From contig OZ241829.1 in assembly GCA_965202585.1 (NCBI GenBank), positions 68,696,001 through 68,760,000 on the forward strand: a DNA stretch of 64,000 bases, written 5' to 3'. Origin of the DNA: Thalia democratica (taxonomy: Eukaryota). The stretch's first letter is position 1, and each line of letters opens with the position of its first letter. The notes under the pieces were generated by a model that ran no database searches, had not been told where the DNA came from, and saw only the letters and a list, made by a program, of their open reading frames with translations. Position numbers and translations under genes: made by a program. This document shows positions 12,154 through 25,715 of the stretch, piece after piece.

Positions 12154-15100
12154 TTAACGCCTAGTTTTGTGTTTGTAAGAACGATATTTTTTGCTGCCAC
12201 GGTCAGCACCAGAACTTCTCCTTTCACTTTGCTGATCGTTCCTGGTTAGTTGCTGGATGCTGTGTGAAAACAGTCTGGAATTTTGTAGACGTCTATGAGA
12301 TTTCTTTTTGTTATCTTTCTGATTTTCATCAGAAGAGTTTCTTTTATCTTCCTTATTTTTATCAGGAGAATCTCTTTTACGTTTCCTAATGTCATCATAA
12401 GATTTTTTTTTATGTTTCCTGCTGCTTCTATAAGATTTTTTTCTGTATTCCTTATTGTCATCATAATAACTACTTTTTTGTTTCCTTTTGTCTTTAGAAT
12501 AAGTTCTATCTTTCTCATTATCATCGAAAGAATCTCTTTTAAACTTCCTACTGCTATCATAATAATTTCTCCTTTCTTCCTCATTTTCATCAAACGAATC
12601 TCTATTACGTTTCCTACTGTCATCGAAAGAATCTCTTTTACTTTTTCTAATGTTATTAAAAGTATTTATTTGATATTCTTGCTTGTTTTCTAAACGAATT
12701 TTCTTCTTTTGCTGGTTGTTATCAAAATAATTGATGTTAGGAAACTGGTTGTAGCAGTTTAGACACTGTTGGTTTGCATAGTTGTTCTGTATGTTAACAA
12801 AAGCAGGTGCGAAATTGTGCATGCTGTTTGGAAAAGATTGGTTGTAGTTTGGCGGAGGCACGGTTCTGAAAAATTCCTGCAATTGTTGTTGTTGTTGCAA
12901 CATATGCAGTTGTTGCTGGTACAATTTTTGCTGTTCATTTACCTGTATTATGAATTATTTCAGTAAACAGCTTAAAACAAGAGGTTTAAAAGCATTAAAG
13001 TAGTCTATCTAGAATTAGAAAAGGAATTTAAATTCTGTAAATAAACAGTTTGTAATTGTACGTGAGGATTTGTAAGCTGATTTTAACAACTAATGAAGTA
13101 TTTTAAATATAAAAACTTTTATATAATGTAGCACCGAAATATTACTTAGAACATAAAACCAACCATTTGCTGTTGTTGAACATAGGTTGGGTTGATTTGG
13201 AAAGCAGAAAAGTTATTGCCAGCGACCTGAACATTGTTGTTAGCGTTCTGTACATTTTTAGTACCAATGACTGGTATTTGACTAGTTTCCTTAGCAACAA
13301 AGTTGTCAGAATTCTCCGTAGCAACAAGGTTACTACGTTTCCAAGGAGCTTGAACAGGTGAGTTACCATTCCGTAGAGATGTTTTCAACTTGGTAGGGTA
13401 GTCTGATTTTTTCTCTTCTGACTTGCTGGCTTTAACTAGCTCTAAGTATTCCTTTCTAAGTTCAAGTAATGAAGTTGGAGAATTGTTTTCACCCTAGGTA
13501 GTATAGTTTGTTTCAATAAAAGAGTTCACTAACTTATCAATAAACTTATTTGGCATAAAACAATTTATCAATTTAATTTTGTATTTTTTTAAAACAACTA
13601 CTCTACTTTATAAGAAATTACAAAATTCTATTGAAAGTTTTTATTAGAAAAAACTATGAGCTAACTTATGACAAACAATGGTTAGTTTTACTTTCCGTAT
13701 ATAAAATATATAAAATTAAATGAAAACATACCTTATTTTCGTTGATAACTTCTACTTGTTTAGCAATCTCTTCAGGCAAATGATCTCTAATTGTATCTCT
13801 TTTGCATTGATCACATATGATCTGTTTATGATAATTGTAAGTAAAACAAAATATACTCAGAAATGATCAAATGTTTAAAACGCACTTATGTATGTATAAA
13901 AGTATACGATCTATTAAAATCTATTATTCCGACCCTGATTTCCATTTATAATAACCAGACATTTTATAAGACCATTGTTTTGAATATTGAAGCCTTTATT
14001 AGTCAAAATTGTTAAAGTATTAGTTATCATAAGCACACAACGTCTGAAACATTGTCAGTAAAAGTGTTAGACCGAATTTAAATAGTAAAACTGTTTTATT
14101 TGAAGCGGTTGTAAGCGTTCTAAACCAGCTGTGCTGTAAAATGAAGCCTTGTAGCTTTGAAAGTAAAGTTAAGTTTCTAGTGATGTCAACTTTATCGACT
14201 TTTATAAGACAAAACTAATAACTTAGTCTATGGTAGGAAATGTTTTTGATATTCATGGAGTTTAAGAATATTTATTTTATTTATGAAAAATCTAGCACTA
14301 CTGTAAATAATCAATTTATAAATATTAGTTTTTATTCTTAATAAGCATTGACACTAGCAAAGTTTAATTATCAGCTTAAGTATGCTGAAATACAATATGC
14401 ATATTTTACCAACAAACCTTCACTTGACATGGATCGTAAAACTCGGTTCCACCGTTTTCATTGGTTCTTTTGTATCCAGTGGTGAGTTTTTGCATGCAGA
14501 TTTTAATCGCACCCGCAAGATTGATCTCTTTTTTAAACTTGATTCCCATAAACCATTTCTTTAAATACCAATCGGAGCTGATAATTAATTATTGTTTTAG
14601 CTATCTTGAATTTTTCGTTGAATTTTATAAACTTTAACTATATATATAATGTAATGATACAACTATATATTCTTTATACTTTTTTGATAACTTTTTCATT
14701 AATTTTTTTTGGTGTTGTTTGAAGTTCACTTAGTTAGTATTTAAAAGCTAAAAAAATCAAATATTAATAAAGCTCTAAATAAGTGATAAGTTGCAAAATG
14801 TATATTTTATATTCTGAGCTCACGTGTCTTACACATTAATTAAATTTATTGTCGTTACTTTTTAAATCTTATACTACAAGCTAGATATACATACTCTTCA
14901 TCTTTAGATATTTGGCTGCAGTGCAGATTAATGTGAGCTTCATCAACTACATCATACATCTCATCCAAGTAGTATACTATTGTCCTTAGCTTTGATTCTA
15001 CATATCCTTTCCTGTGTCGAGTTTTATTTTGTAAAATTATTTTATGAAAACAATTAAAACATTTTAAGAAACCATTATTTTTTGACTAAAAAGGTTAAAA

Positions 15101-18100
15101 ACATAAATACAACTCTTCTACATACATCATATAAAGTAATTAATTAGAATAAAAATCACTAATATCGTATTAACACTTGAAATAATGTAAATTATAGTAT
15201 ACGTTACAAAATAAGTTTATCCAAGCAAAAACTATATAATACTAAACATTAGGTTATAAAATATTGTCAGAAATTATTTTAGTTTTTTTTATCTTTAATA
15301 TTTATGCATCAAATAAATCTGTTAAAAATACAAATCTTACCAAGACTCAAAACGTTTTTCATCCTTTGCAGATATGTTAAAGACAATGAAGTGCTCATAC
15401 TTGTTAAAAAATTCTGCTTTTTGAAATAGTTTTTTCCAGCTAGATTGTGTTAATAATATTTCTTTTAGTACTTCAAGTCCTCTTTTAAACTCCTGTATTT
15501 AAAATAATTGATTGTTTTAATTGTAGATGTGTTGCGTTAGTTGTACAACTTACTATAAAATTAAATTACTCTTTAATAACTAAATTTAAAGTAACTTTCA
15601 AATTTAAATATTTAACAAATTTCATTAAAAAAACAAACTTGTACTTTACACTTAGTTTAATATCGTATATTTATATACGTCCATAAAGAACCATTAAAGT
15701 TATTTTTGCAGATTATTTATACACAAACAATTATCTACAAAAGTTATTTTTTAGATATTACGTCTTAAAATATTTTTATTATAGTCTTAGAAATTGTAAA
15801 CGGACCTTGCAAATTATTTTTTTCGACGAGTCACTGGCGTTGTACATGGAGTTTATTTGAGGGTAGGCTGGTGTTATTATCGGGAGAACCCCCTCAAACC
15901 CATCCCAAATCTTAAAACCCAAGTTTTCGTCTTCTAACTCTTTCAGTATCAAAGGTTTTGGCCATATCCTGTTACATTGGTATTAGTACAATGTCTTTAA
16001 ATATTAATCATACAGTGCAGTATTAGATGATATTTGATATTTAGATAATCTTAATAAGTCATGAAAAAACTTATAGTTTAAAATATCTCTTACCTTAATT
16101 AGTTTCAGAGTTTTAAGAATATTTCAAAATTAAAAATAAACCAGTAAAACGCATTTCTTTAGAATTTGTATAAATATATGAACAAAATTACTATTTAAAT
16201 AAGGTTTGTTAAATTGAACAACTATAAGTTGATTTGTTTTAATATTCTCACCAATTACTGAAGATGTTAAAGAATTGAAACATGAGTACATTAGCAGCAG
16301 CGTCTGGAAAACTCATGCAAATTTTCGCTACAAGCATAGCGCATTGAATACCTCCCAAGTATCCCATCATGTTATTGTATATTCCCCTGTCTGTATGTTA
16401 TAAAACATTTATTTACATATTAGTTTTAAAGGTTAGCTTTTTTAATTTTTGGTAATTCATCGTAATGTGTTTACATGTTTTTCTAATAGATATAAAAAAA
16501 TAAGTTGAATTTACTTTAGTACTAAGTTTTAAAATTAATAAGAATATAAACTTTTTTGTTTTTATGACAGCTAACATACTACCTCTTTTACATAAAATAT
16601 GTTTTGTTTATACAAAATAAAATGTGTGAACTGAAATATACTTTACGTATAATTAACAATTTCTAGTTTTCTAGGAAAATAATAAACAATTGATACTAAA
16701 TTGTGTTTTAATATCTTTCTTGAACTAATATTTTGTTCAATATTTGGAGTCTTAATTTTATCATTATTTTTTTCATTACTACAAACTATATACATACTTC
16801 AAATTTCAATCCTTATTTAACCTAGTTTTTTAATTTTTCAAATAAAGTACAAACTTTTAGCCCATAGCTTGATTGCTCTCAGGGTTGTTCTGAATTGTTC
16901 TTTGTTGGGAACGAGACTCAGTATTTCTTCAGTGTTTCTCAGTCCATTAAGACTGTTAACGCACGTCTTGTCCATTTCAGTCAATATTTCGTTGCTTTTA
17001 AGGCCCAAATCATCACTTATCTCGGTTTTGTCAGTTTGCGCAAACAGAATATCAAGCTTTAAAATTTAAGTGGTTAGGAATCGGTGATACAAAAATTTAA
17101 TACCATGAAAAGTTCAACAGTTTTTTTAATATTGCAACTAACTAATTAAAAAAAAATCGTAAAATTTGTTAACTACTTTGTACAAGTTTTAGATATTTAA
17201 ACTTTAAAATTGAAAAAAAAAACATCTATATAATTTAAGAAATGAAACCGAATTTCAGTTAGAGTAAAATTATAAACTACTTTTTTAATATATAAAAGTA
17301 GTTTAATATATTTACAATTTATAACTTAATAAAAAAAGACAAACAATTTATCTTACCTCTATTCCGTCGAACACAGTCTTTATGATTGGCACAAAAGCAC
17401 TTGCTATAAGCTGTAAAAAATTTAATTTAATTATTATTAACAAGTCAAAAAACACTAATGTGATTAATTTTAAAGTTTAGTAAAACAAAAATAACTTTTT
17501 ATTAATTTTACATTGATTACACTACTTATATTAATTGTCAAGTCGGTTGTTTGACTTTATAGTTAAAAAACTACTTTTAAAAAATATGACATTAAACTAT
17601 AAATAATGTTTCCTTTTAATTATAAACTATTTATTACATTCATAGCAAAACTCTTTAATAACAACTTACAGTGATCGAGGTGGTTTCAGGTCTTTTTTCG
17701 AGCATTTGAAAGAACTCTGTGTTGAAGTCTTTCCTGCAAATGTGCTTCGGCACCACGAGTACAGCATCGATATCTGAACTTTTACCTGAAACTCCCATCC
17801 TGAAGGAACCAAACGGCATCAGTTTTCCTTCGATTGGCTTGTCTGAACTTTTTGTTATGTTCTGTAAGACAAAGATTGAGTTAAAAAAAAGATACAAAGT
17901 ATCCGAATTTACAAAAAAAAAATGAAAAGAATCTTGATACAAATCTAAAAGTAGTGGAAATGTTTACTAAATCCATTTAGGTGAGCAAAAACTCAACTAA
18001 AAATAAGTTTTTCATGTTACTTATCTTTAAAATGTTTTATCAGTTAATATGAACTTATTATATTTATTCAATATCAGTATATAACATGTTTTAGTAAACT

Positions 18101-19133
18101 AAATTAGATAAAAATTTATTGAGTGTTCTAACTTAGACAAGTTACTTATCACTTTATACTTATATTGTATTAAAAGACGTTAAATAGAGTATGACATTGA
18201 TTACATTGCGCTTAAAATAAGTCTAATGAATCTTATTATTAAATTGTAACATTGATAGATGCATCAAATAATATAGAGCTTTTGTTTAAAAATCGGATTT
18301 TGTTGAAAAACTAACCTTTTTCATAGACATATCTTTTACAAACTCCTTTACTATTGTTTCATTGAGTTTTTCTAATACAGCTGTTTTAGCTTCAGTTGAC
18401 TTTTCATCTTCAAACACGGAAGTTGATCTCAAAAGCATGCACAATTGCTTAGTTTGCAGTGAATCTAGCTCTGTGTATTTAATTAGCAATAAATTAATCA
18501 TTCTAAAACAGGAAGATTATGTAGTTTTTTTTTTCTCTACGATAGTTGTATTCTTTATTATGTTTTTTTTTTCAATATTCTTAACAAGCGACTTCTTTTT
18601 TCACCTCCCAACATTAACAAAAGAAAAGTATTCATAAACTACTTTGTACTAAAAAATTTGTCAAAAATTCCCAGCTTTATGTTTTATTCAAATATTTATG
18701 TTCAAATATAACATCAAGTCACGGGCCGTACTAAACTAACTAAAACTTTTTATTTTTATAAAACCAAACTACGATTTATACTTTATTCAATTTTGTTAGC
18801 TTTTTAACTGTATTTTATAACAAAAATTAACTATTCATAGTTTAAAGACTACAACCGTTATGATTACAAGTAAATTTGAAAACAGTTGTGCGCAATACTA
18901 TAAAATAATTTAACAAAACATTGAAAAAGTTAAACTATTGTAGAAATAATAATTGAATTTTTTAGACATTATTAGCTGTAATATTTTACACTTAGTTAAA
19001 ATGATCAATACTTAAATGAATGTTGATTTTGTAAACTACCTGAAAATATTTTAGAGTTTGTTGATTCAGATGCTTTTTTGTCATTGACATCAGTTTTGTC
19101 TTTAACATCAGTTTGTTTTTGGTTCGGACTCAT
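12154..19133 (-). CDS. PAPOLA: Canonical-type poly(A) polymerase (PAPOLA/PAP1 family), divergent, 13 exons, about 878 aa, with Q/N-rich and mixed-charge C-terminal tail
   Basis: Exons (minus): 19133-19040, 18470-18316, 17861-17670, 17410-17357, 17056-16855, 16390-16252, 15968-15806, 15492-15341, 15011-14895, 14577-14418, 13821-13732, 13493-13164, 12942-12154. All introns are GT-AG and phase-compatible; total 2637 nt. Motifs: GKLMPFGSFRMG..SDIDA (catalytic DxD), AFVPIIKTVFDGIELDILFA (third Asp), SLNGLR, TLRAIKLWAK, IYNNMMGYLGG, LPIITPAYPQ, EFKRG, W-GYVESKLR. The exon 1-2 and exon 12-13 junctions are the least certain. Confidence 0.93.
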
Positions 19134-19552
19134 TTTCAAATTTTGTTTTATTACTTTAAAATTCTAAAAAAATTAAATAACAATAAATGTTGAGGCAAAA
19201 AAATTTGGATTAATGTGTACGTTTACGTTAATGAAGCATTTTAGTACAAAAAACTGCTTAACTATTTTATAGCATATATATTACTTTGACTAACTTATTT
19301 TTTTTACGTAATAGTTGAACACAGTTTTTGTATATATTATGCTTTTAATATATACATAAGCTCAAAAATCTATTTACAAAATAATAATAGAATTCATGAG
19401 ATTATTAAAAAAATAAAGTAAGAGACCTAAAGTAAAGTGCTTAAAATTTTAAAACTTATAGTAGTAATTTCTATAAAATGATGTATGTTTTTACCTTTAA
19501 AAAAAATTATCTTTTCTACTTAAAAGAAATTTCATTTTTTACAAATGAGAAC

Positions 19553-20172
19553 TAAATAGAAAGCTCATACCTAACGAGTGCGTACTAAATATAAAATTTG
19601 TACCTAACAAGTGCGTACTAAACAGAAAGCTAATACCTATCAAGTGCGTACTTAATAGAAGCTAATACTTAGCAAGTGCGTTCTAAATAGAAAACTCATA
19701 CCTAACAAGTGCGTTCTAAACAGAAAGCTCATACCTAGCAAATGCGTACTAAACAGAAACGTCAAACCTAGCAAGTGCGTACTAAACAGAAGCTACTACT
19801 TAGCATGTGCGTACAACACAGATAGATCATACGTATCATATGCAAACTAAACAAAAATCTATTACCTAACAAGTGCGTTCTAAACAGAAAACTCATACCT
19901 AGCAATTGCGTACTTTACTGAAAGCTCATACCTAGCAAATGCGTACTAAATACAAAACTTATACCTAGCAAGTGCGTACTAAACAGAAAGCTAATACTTA
20001 TCAAGTGTGTACTAAACAGAAGCTAATACGAAGCAAATACGTATGACACAGATAAATCATACGTATCAAATGAAAACTAAACAAACTCTTACCTAACAAG
20101 TGCGTATCAAACAGAAAGCTCATAAATAAAACTTCTTACTAAACAAAAAACTCATAACTAAAAAGTGTGTGT
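19553..20172. repeat. 33-bp minisatellite, about 19 units, with a 7-unit (230-bp) higher-order repeat
   Basis: Consensus TAAACAGAAAGCTCATACCTAGCAAGTGCGTAC. A distinctive variant unit (ACACAGATA(G/A)ATCATACGTATCA) recurs at 19815 and 20045. Some units are 32 bp. Confidence 0.92.
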
Positions 20173-21725
20173 TAAACTGCAAGAGTGTGAATTCTAGTTT
20201 TGTAATATTTATTGAAAGTTAGAAACAGTTTGTGTGTTATGTCTTATGACGTAACTAAACGAGAGAGTAGAAAAAGAGAACAAACTTAAGTTTAAAAATA
20301 AAATTGGAATTATGAATAACAAAAAAAGTTATTAAAGTAAAAATAAGTGTTTTGTGTATCTGTTTCAAATTTTTAAATATTTATTTACTAAATAAAATTA
20401 TCAAAAAAGGTTTGGTTTAAAAACCATGTTAGGTACACTAGGTAACTACATCTTACAAAATAAAATATTGTAACAGCTTGATAATTATTGAACAATAAAA
20501 TAGAACTTTAGCAGATATACTAAAATTATATTGTGGATAAAAAATTTAAATTTAAGTGTTATACACTTTAAATTAACCTGTATTAAAAACATTTATATTA
20601 GTTATAGTTTTCTTCACATCTATTAAGAGTAGTAGTTATTAAAAAATTTAGAAAGTTTACTTTCTTTTTTCACATTTAATTTAAGTAAATCCTTTTAAGT
20701 ATTAACTTTAAACAAAAAAGTATAGAGTAGTCCAGATAGAAAAAAGTGATAAAAAGTTTTTTTGGTAAATTCTGATAAAAAAATAGTTTCAAGTTTTAGT
20801 TTTTAAAAAACAAACTATACTACTCTTTATATTAAATATTTACAAGTTTTAGATCTTTTAACTTTCAATTGAGCTGTAGATTTTTTTTAGTTTTATTCAC
20901 AATTATGAAATAACTTTTTAAAGATTAGATTTATACTAATAAGTTTTACTATATAATAAACAACCTTATCAATAGTAGTAACTGTGCAAAATAAATTTAT
21001 CAAATGTTTTATTCTTTGAAAACAAAAGTATGTTATTATTTTTAGTTTCAGTTTTGAATTAAAAATTTTAGAGTAGTTATTAAAGAAAAATACTTTTAAA
21101 GTTAAAAATTTTTAGTTAAAATTAAACAAACTGAACCTTTTACTGTTAATGCTATTCCTTAAAAAAATTGTTTCTAGAAAAGTTTAAAGTTTTAGTTTTA
21201 ATTACTAAAAACTAAACTTAGGATTATAAGATACATTTTCAACTTGCCATTTAAAAAATTAAGAAAATCTGTATATTTTACAAGGTATTCTTTATAGCAG
21301 TTTTAGATTCATTCAAATGATTTGATTTTTATCTATTATAAGACATGCAATGCATATAGTTGTTTATTTAAGTATATAAATATATAATTTAAGAACATAT
21401 AGAAAATATAATATTATTTTATGAATTAAAAAGAAAGTAAAAAGAAAGTTTTCAGTAGTTAACAATTTTTTTATATAGATTTATAATACCTAAATTTCGA
21501 ACTAAAAGAAGCTACCTATTTTTTTAAATTTACCACTATTGTTTCTTTTTATATCTAATGCTTTATCATATGAATTGATACTTGATCGTCATAGTTTAAA
21601 TTTTTTAAAGATTACGTAAAGTATTTTTTTCTGTTACAGTAGTAAAGATCGTGAATACATCATCACAGACTATAGAGAGACGAACTACCGAATGAACTCA
21701 CTGTTATTTACAGGTTTGTTAAGTT

Positions 21726-22110
21726 AGTACAATGGTCGGCAGGCAATTGATGCTCGCGGGCCAAATTAAAAGTTTTAAAATCTTCGCGGCCGCAGTTTTA
21801 GTTTTATTCACAATTTTATAATCTATTGCTTTTAGTTTTATTCACAGTATATCTTGTATTTAATTATTTAAATAACTAAATTAAAGCTACACACAGAGGA
21901 CCTACCTTAATTAAATTTTTTTTATATACAATTTTATAATCTATAGGTTTTAAATTTATTCACAGTTTTCCTCGTATTTAATTATTTAAATAAATTAATT
22001 TAAGCTACACACAAAGGCCTATTTAATTTAAAATCTTTGTTGGACTAACGTACCAGGTTTTAGAAAATTGATTACTATCTTAACCACTCAACACTAGCTG
22101 GCAACCCTAT
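21726..22110 (+). mobile_element. Terminal fragment of the hAT family found at 39373-42608, followed by a tandem duplication of about 120 bp
   Basis: GGTCGGCAGGCAATTGATGCTCGCGGGCCAAATT is the reverse complement of the element end at 42573-42607. 21800-21915 and 21920-22035 are tandem copies (ATTTTATAATCTAT...AAGCTACACACA). Confidence 0.65.
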
Positions 22111-24588
22111 AACAAAACATAAAGGTTTTTTTAACTTATAAAAGAAAACAAGCCTGATTTTTTTTAGGAAACTAATAATTTTACGGTTGGAAACTGATTT
22201 AAATCGTTTCATTTAAGTATTGATAATATAATAGCCTGAGTTTTTTAAGCTAAACTTTAAACTAGTATGAGTTTGACTGAATTTTACAAAGTTGCAAGTC
22301 TGTAGTAGTCTTAGTGTGTATCAACACTAATAATTGTGTGTTTTTTTAAATAATCTTGCAAAACACAAAATTGAACATAATTATTTTTTCTCTTAATCAA
22401 ACAGAAAACCAAAACATAAGTCTAAAAAGTCACAAAATATATACTAATTTCAACCGTATAACTAAATAGTTTTTTAGTCTATCAACTTTTTTTTTAGTTT
22501 TAGTGTCTAATGTTTTAGTGTCTAATTTCAATTTAATATTAAGTTTAACGTAAAAAACTGTGTGAAAAAGTTAGAAGGCATTAAAAGATATTTTACATAT
22601 ATTTAAATGTGATTTTAATAATAAAGCATTATTTGTGTTCACAATTTTTTTAACCTATACAATGAATTTTTTGTTTCTAGGATCAATGTATAGTTGTACT
22701 AATTTATATTTTGCAGGTTTTTTTAACACAGTAACTAAATGCTAAAAAACTAGTATACTTAGTTTTAAAATTATTTCATTTTTATTTTTGTAAAAGTAAA
22801 GATGAAATTATTAGTGTAAATTATATAACAAATGCAATTTAAGATACAGTTATTACAAATATACTTATTAAAGATTTTCTTAGATGTTATTCTGAAGCTG
22901 GCTTCTTTAAAATGACTAAAAAAAAAAAATTAAAGATGTTAACCTTTCAAGATTTCAAAAATTAGTTTAAAGGACAACTATCAGGGACAAATGTTTTGAA
23001 TTATTGATTAAATTTTTTGTTTAACAAAACTTTTATTTCATCTATATCAACAATTAACTTCAAAAAAATTTTTTTTCAATTAAGTAGGCCTATTAAAGAT
23101 TTTCTACTTAGTCCTATATCTTTGAAAAAACAGAAAAAATCTAAAACGAAATAAAACTAGTTTTTACATGAAACTCAGCTTTGTTTTAAAAAAAAAAAGT
23201 AAAAGTAAAGAAATAATGTTTTCATTCCAAAATTTGATAAAAAAAATATTTACTAAAAAACCACACTTATACGACAAATTTGGCCTGCATTACACCAAAA
23301 TTAATCTGAGTCAGCAAAAATTTAGATAAAATTAGTTTAAAAAACTATAAAAAAGTTATCCATAATATACAGTAAATTTTTAACAAAATACTTATAACAA
23401 ATACCATTATCATTCTTTTTTAAGTTTATTTTTAAGTTAATATAGCCTTAAATAAAACATACTATCCTGACCCTGAGTTTTGCCTTAAACCGCAAATAAG
23501 CACGAAGTTTAATAAATTTTTAAGATTTTAAAAGAGTTACAAATTAAAACTGTAAAATTCTTATATAGTAAGAAAACTTACATCCTACACCCAAAAACAA
23601 AATCAAAAAATAAACTTCTTTTAAATTTTTGAAACCACACATTTAGATATTATACATGCAATATAAGTAATGAAGCATAAGTATCAAATAAAATTTTAAA
23701 GAAGCCTGAATTTTATTTATTTTAAAGTTTTAAAACAACAAAACAAACTTATATTTCATACACAAGAAAAAAGTTTTCAAATCAATGCTTTGAAACAAAA
23801 TATTGAAAATAATATACCAGTAGGTATTAGTAAAGAAATTAAAGAATTTTTTCTTGCTATTCTCTTAGTTTTTTAAAGGAGAAAAAATATTTTAATTTCT
23901 CAATAAATAAAGTAAACATTATGTTTGTTATTACACTAATGAAACAAACTATATAAAGTTTTTAAATAATAAAAATGTAAAATTTTAAAGAAATGGTATA
24001 AACAAAAAAATATTCTGATAATAAAAACAATATTGCTAAACTTTTTTAGTTGCTTTTTTAACTAGCCTATTTAAAAGAGCTACCAGATAATAACTACATT
24101 ATTAAACATATATTTTAGGTGCTAAAACTTTAAAATTAAAAACACTAATTTTAAAGATAAATATCAGGGACAAACTTTTTAGACTATTGGTAACAGTTTC
24201 TTGTTTTTCAATGAAATTTTGTTTTAGTATATGACTTATTTCTTTAATTTGATATAACGTAACAAAATAAAATTGATGCGAATAAGTATTTTTTGATGTT
24301 GTTAAATAAATTTTAAAACTGAAATACTTAAAAACTGTTTGTACTACTATTTTTTTATAAGTAAAACTGAACCAAAACATTTGAATTAGTCCCATCCAAG
24401 ATTTTTTAAAGCTAGGTTAGCACAGATAAAAGACCATGTAACATCTTTAAGTGAACTACTTTTTAAAATGAAATAAGTACTTATTGTTTTTTTATTTATC
24501 TGAAAATTTTAACTGGTAACAATAGTAAGTAATGAGTTTTATCATGAATAATTTTGTATATTTATCTTTGACTTCAGTTTGTTTATTT

Positions 24589-24930
24589 GAAGGTTGCCAC
24601 TCGTTTATTCCAAATGTTTTAAATTTCTTCCAGGTTTTTAAAAATACACATTTTTGGGTCTACTTTTAGTTTTAAGTTAATATCTATATAAGAAACTGTG
24701 TTGAATAGTACAAAAAACATTGAAAAAATACGGTAAAATTACTTAAATTGTGTTTTTAAATAAAGCATTTTTATTATGATGACAAAAAAGATCTTATTTA
24801 TATCAAAGATTTTTTGTTAAAAATAAAATTTTACTACTGAAAATATTAAATCTATTAAAAATTACAGGTTTTTTTCGAAATTTCTCAAATTCCAGGTTTT
24901 TCCAGGTTTCCAGGTAAAGTGGCAACCCTG
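24589..24930. mobile_element. hAT-type MITE with CAGGGTTGCCA-like TIRs and TTCCAGGTTT subterminal repeats
   Basis: Left end GAAGGTTGCCACT, right end AGTGGCAACCCTG. Three CCAGGT subterminal repeats. The flanking 8-mers GTTTATTT and TTATATTT are a possible degenerate TSD. Confidence 0.65.
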
Positions 24931-25715
24931 TTATATTTAAAGTTTAAAAATGTATACAAAATTGAACTTTGTATAAATTAAAATATTAATAAAAACAACT
25001 TGATATATTACTACTGTTCACCAAACTTATCTTAACACACTTACACCTTTAAACTTGAAACCTTTAGAACAACATATTTCAAAAAACTATATAACAATAT
25101 TTTAGAACAAAAATTACTAGATTCTAAATTAGTCTTAAATCTTAAGCTGTAAGTCCTATATCATCTAAACTATAATTGTTTTTTTCTAAACTCTTTCTAC
25201 TATATCATATTTCTGACCACAGTTTCTATTTACCGTCAATTTTTGAATTACTGAATTCATATCAATTTATAGTGATGACGCTTCATGATGACTAACGAGT
25301 CTTTAAACTTAAAGTTTAAAAAATTCAATTATACTTAACCTATAAGCATTTTTTCTAAGTTTTAACACAACTGCATACTTTAATATATGAAACATTAACA
25401 CTTTAAGTCCTAAAAATCCTGTTTAAAAAAAATGTATACGCAACAGTGCTCAATTGGTATCAAAACTCAACAAATTTAAAAAAAATCATTTTGTTTGCTC
25501 TGCCGTCCTTACGCCTCTGGTAAATATATAATCTTTTATTCAATAACTAACTAATATTTAAAGATACAAAATAAGATATAACAAAATAAATAAAAATAAA
25601 TATTCCTGTAATAATTTTAAAATAAAAAGTCAATAATACTACCAAAGTTTTCCTATACTTAGGATTAACTTAGTCTAGTCTAAAACTTTCTTGGTTTTTC
25701 ACACTTTCAAAGTAC

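Noticed and set aside
12246-12693. Overlapping alternative-frame and antisense ORFs (12246-12623 minus, 12295-12693 plus, 12769-12966 plus)
   Set aside because: By-products of the repetitive, low-complexity PAP terminal exon; no independent gene signals.
19553-20172. CRISPR-like look of the 33-bp repeats
   Set aside because: The units are contiguous with no unique spacers, there are no cas genes, and the DNA is intron-rich eukaryotic sequence; it is a minisatellite.
12300-20172. Shared 33-nt period of the PAP tail repeats and the upstream minisatellite
   Set aside because: The two units show no sequence similarity on either strand; treated as coincidence.
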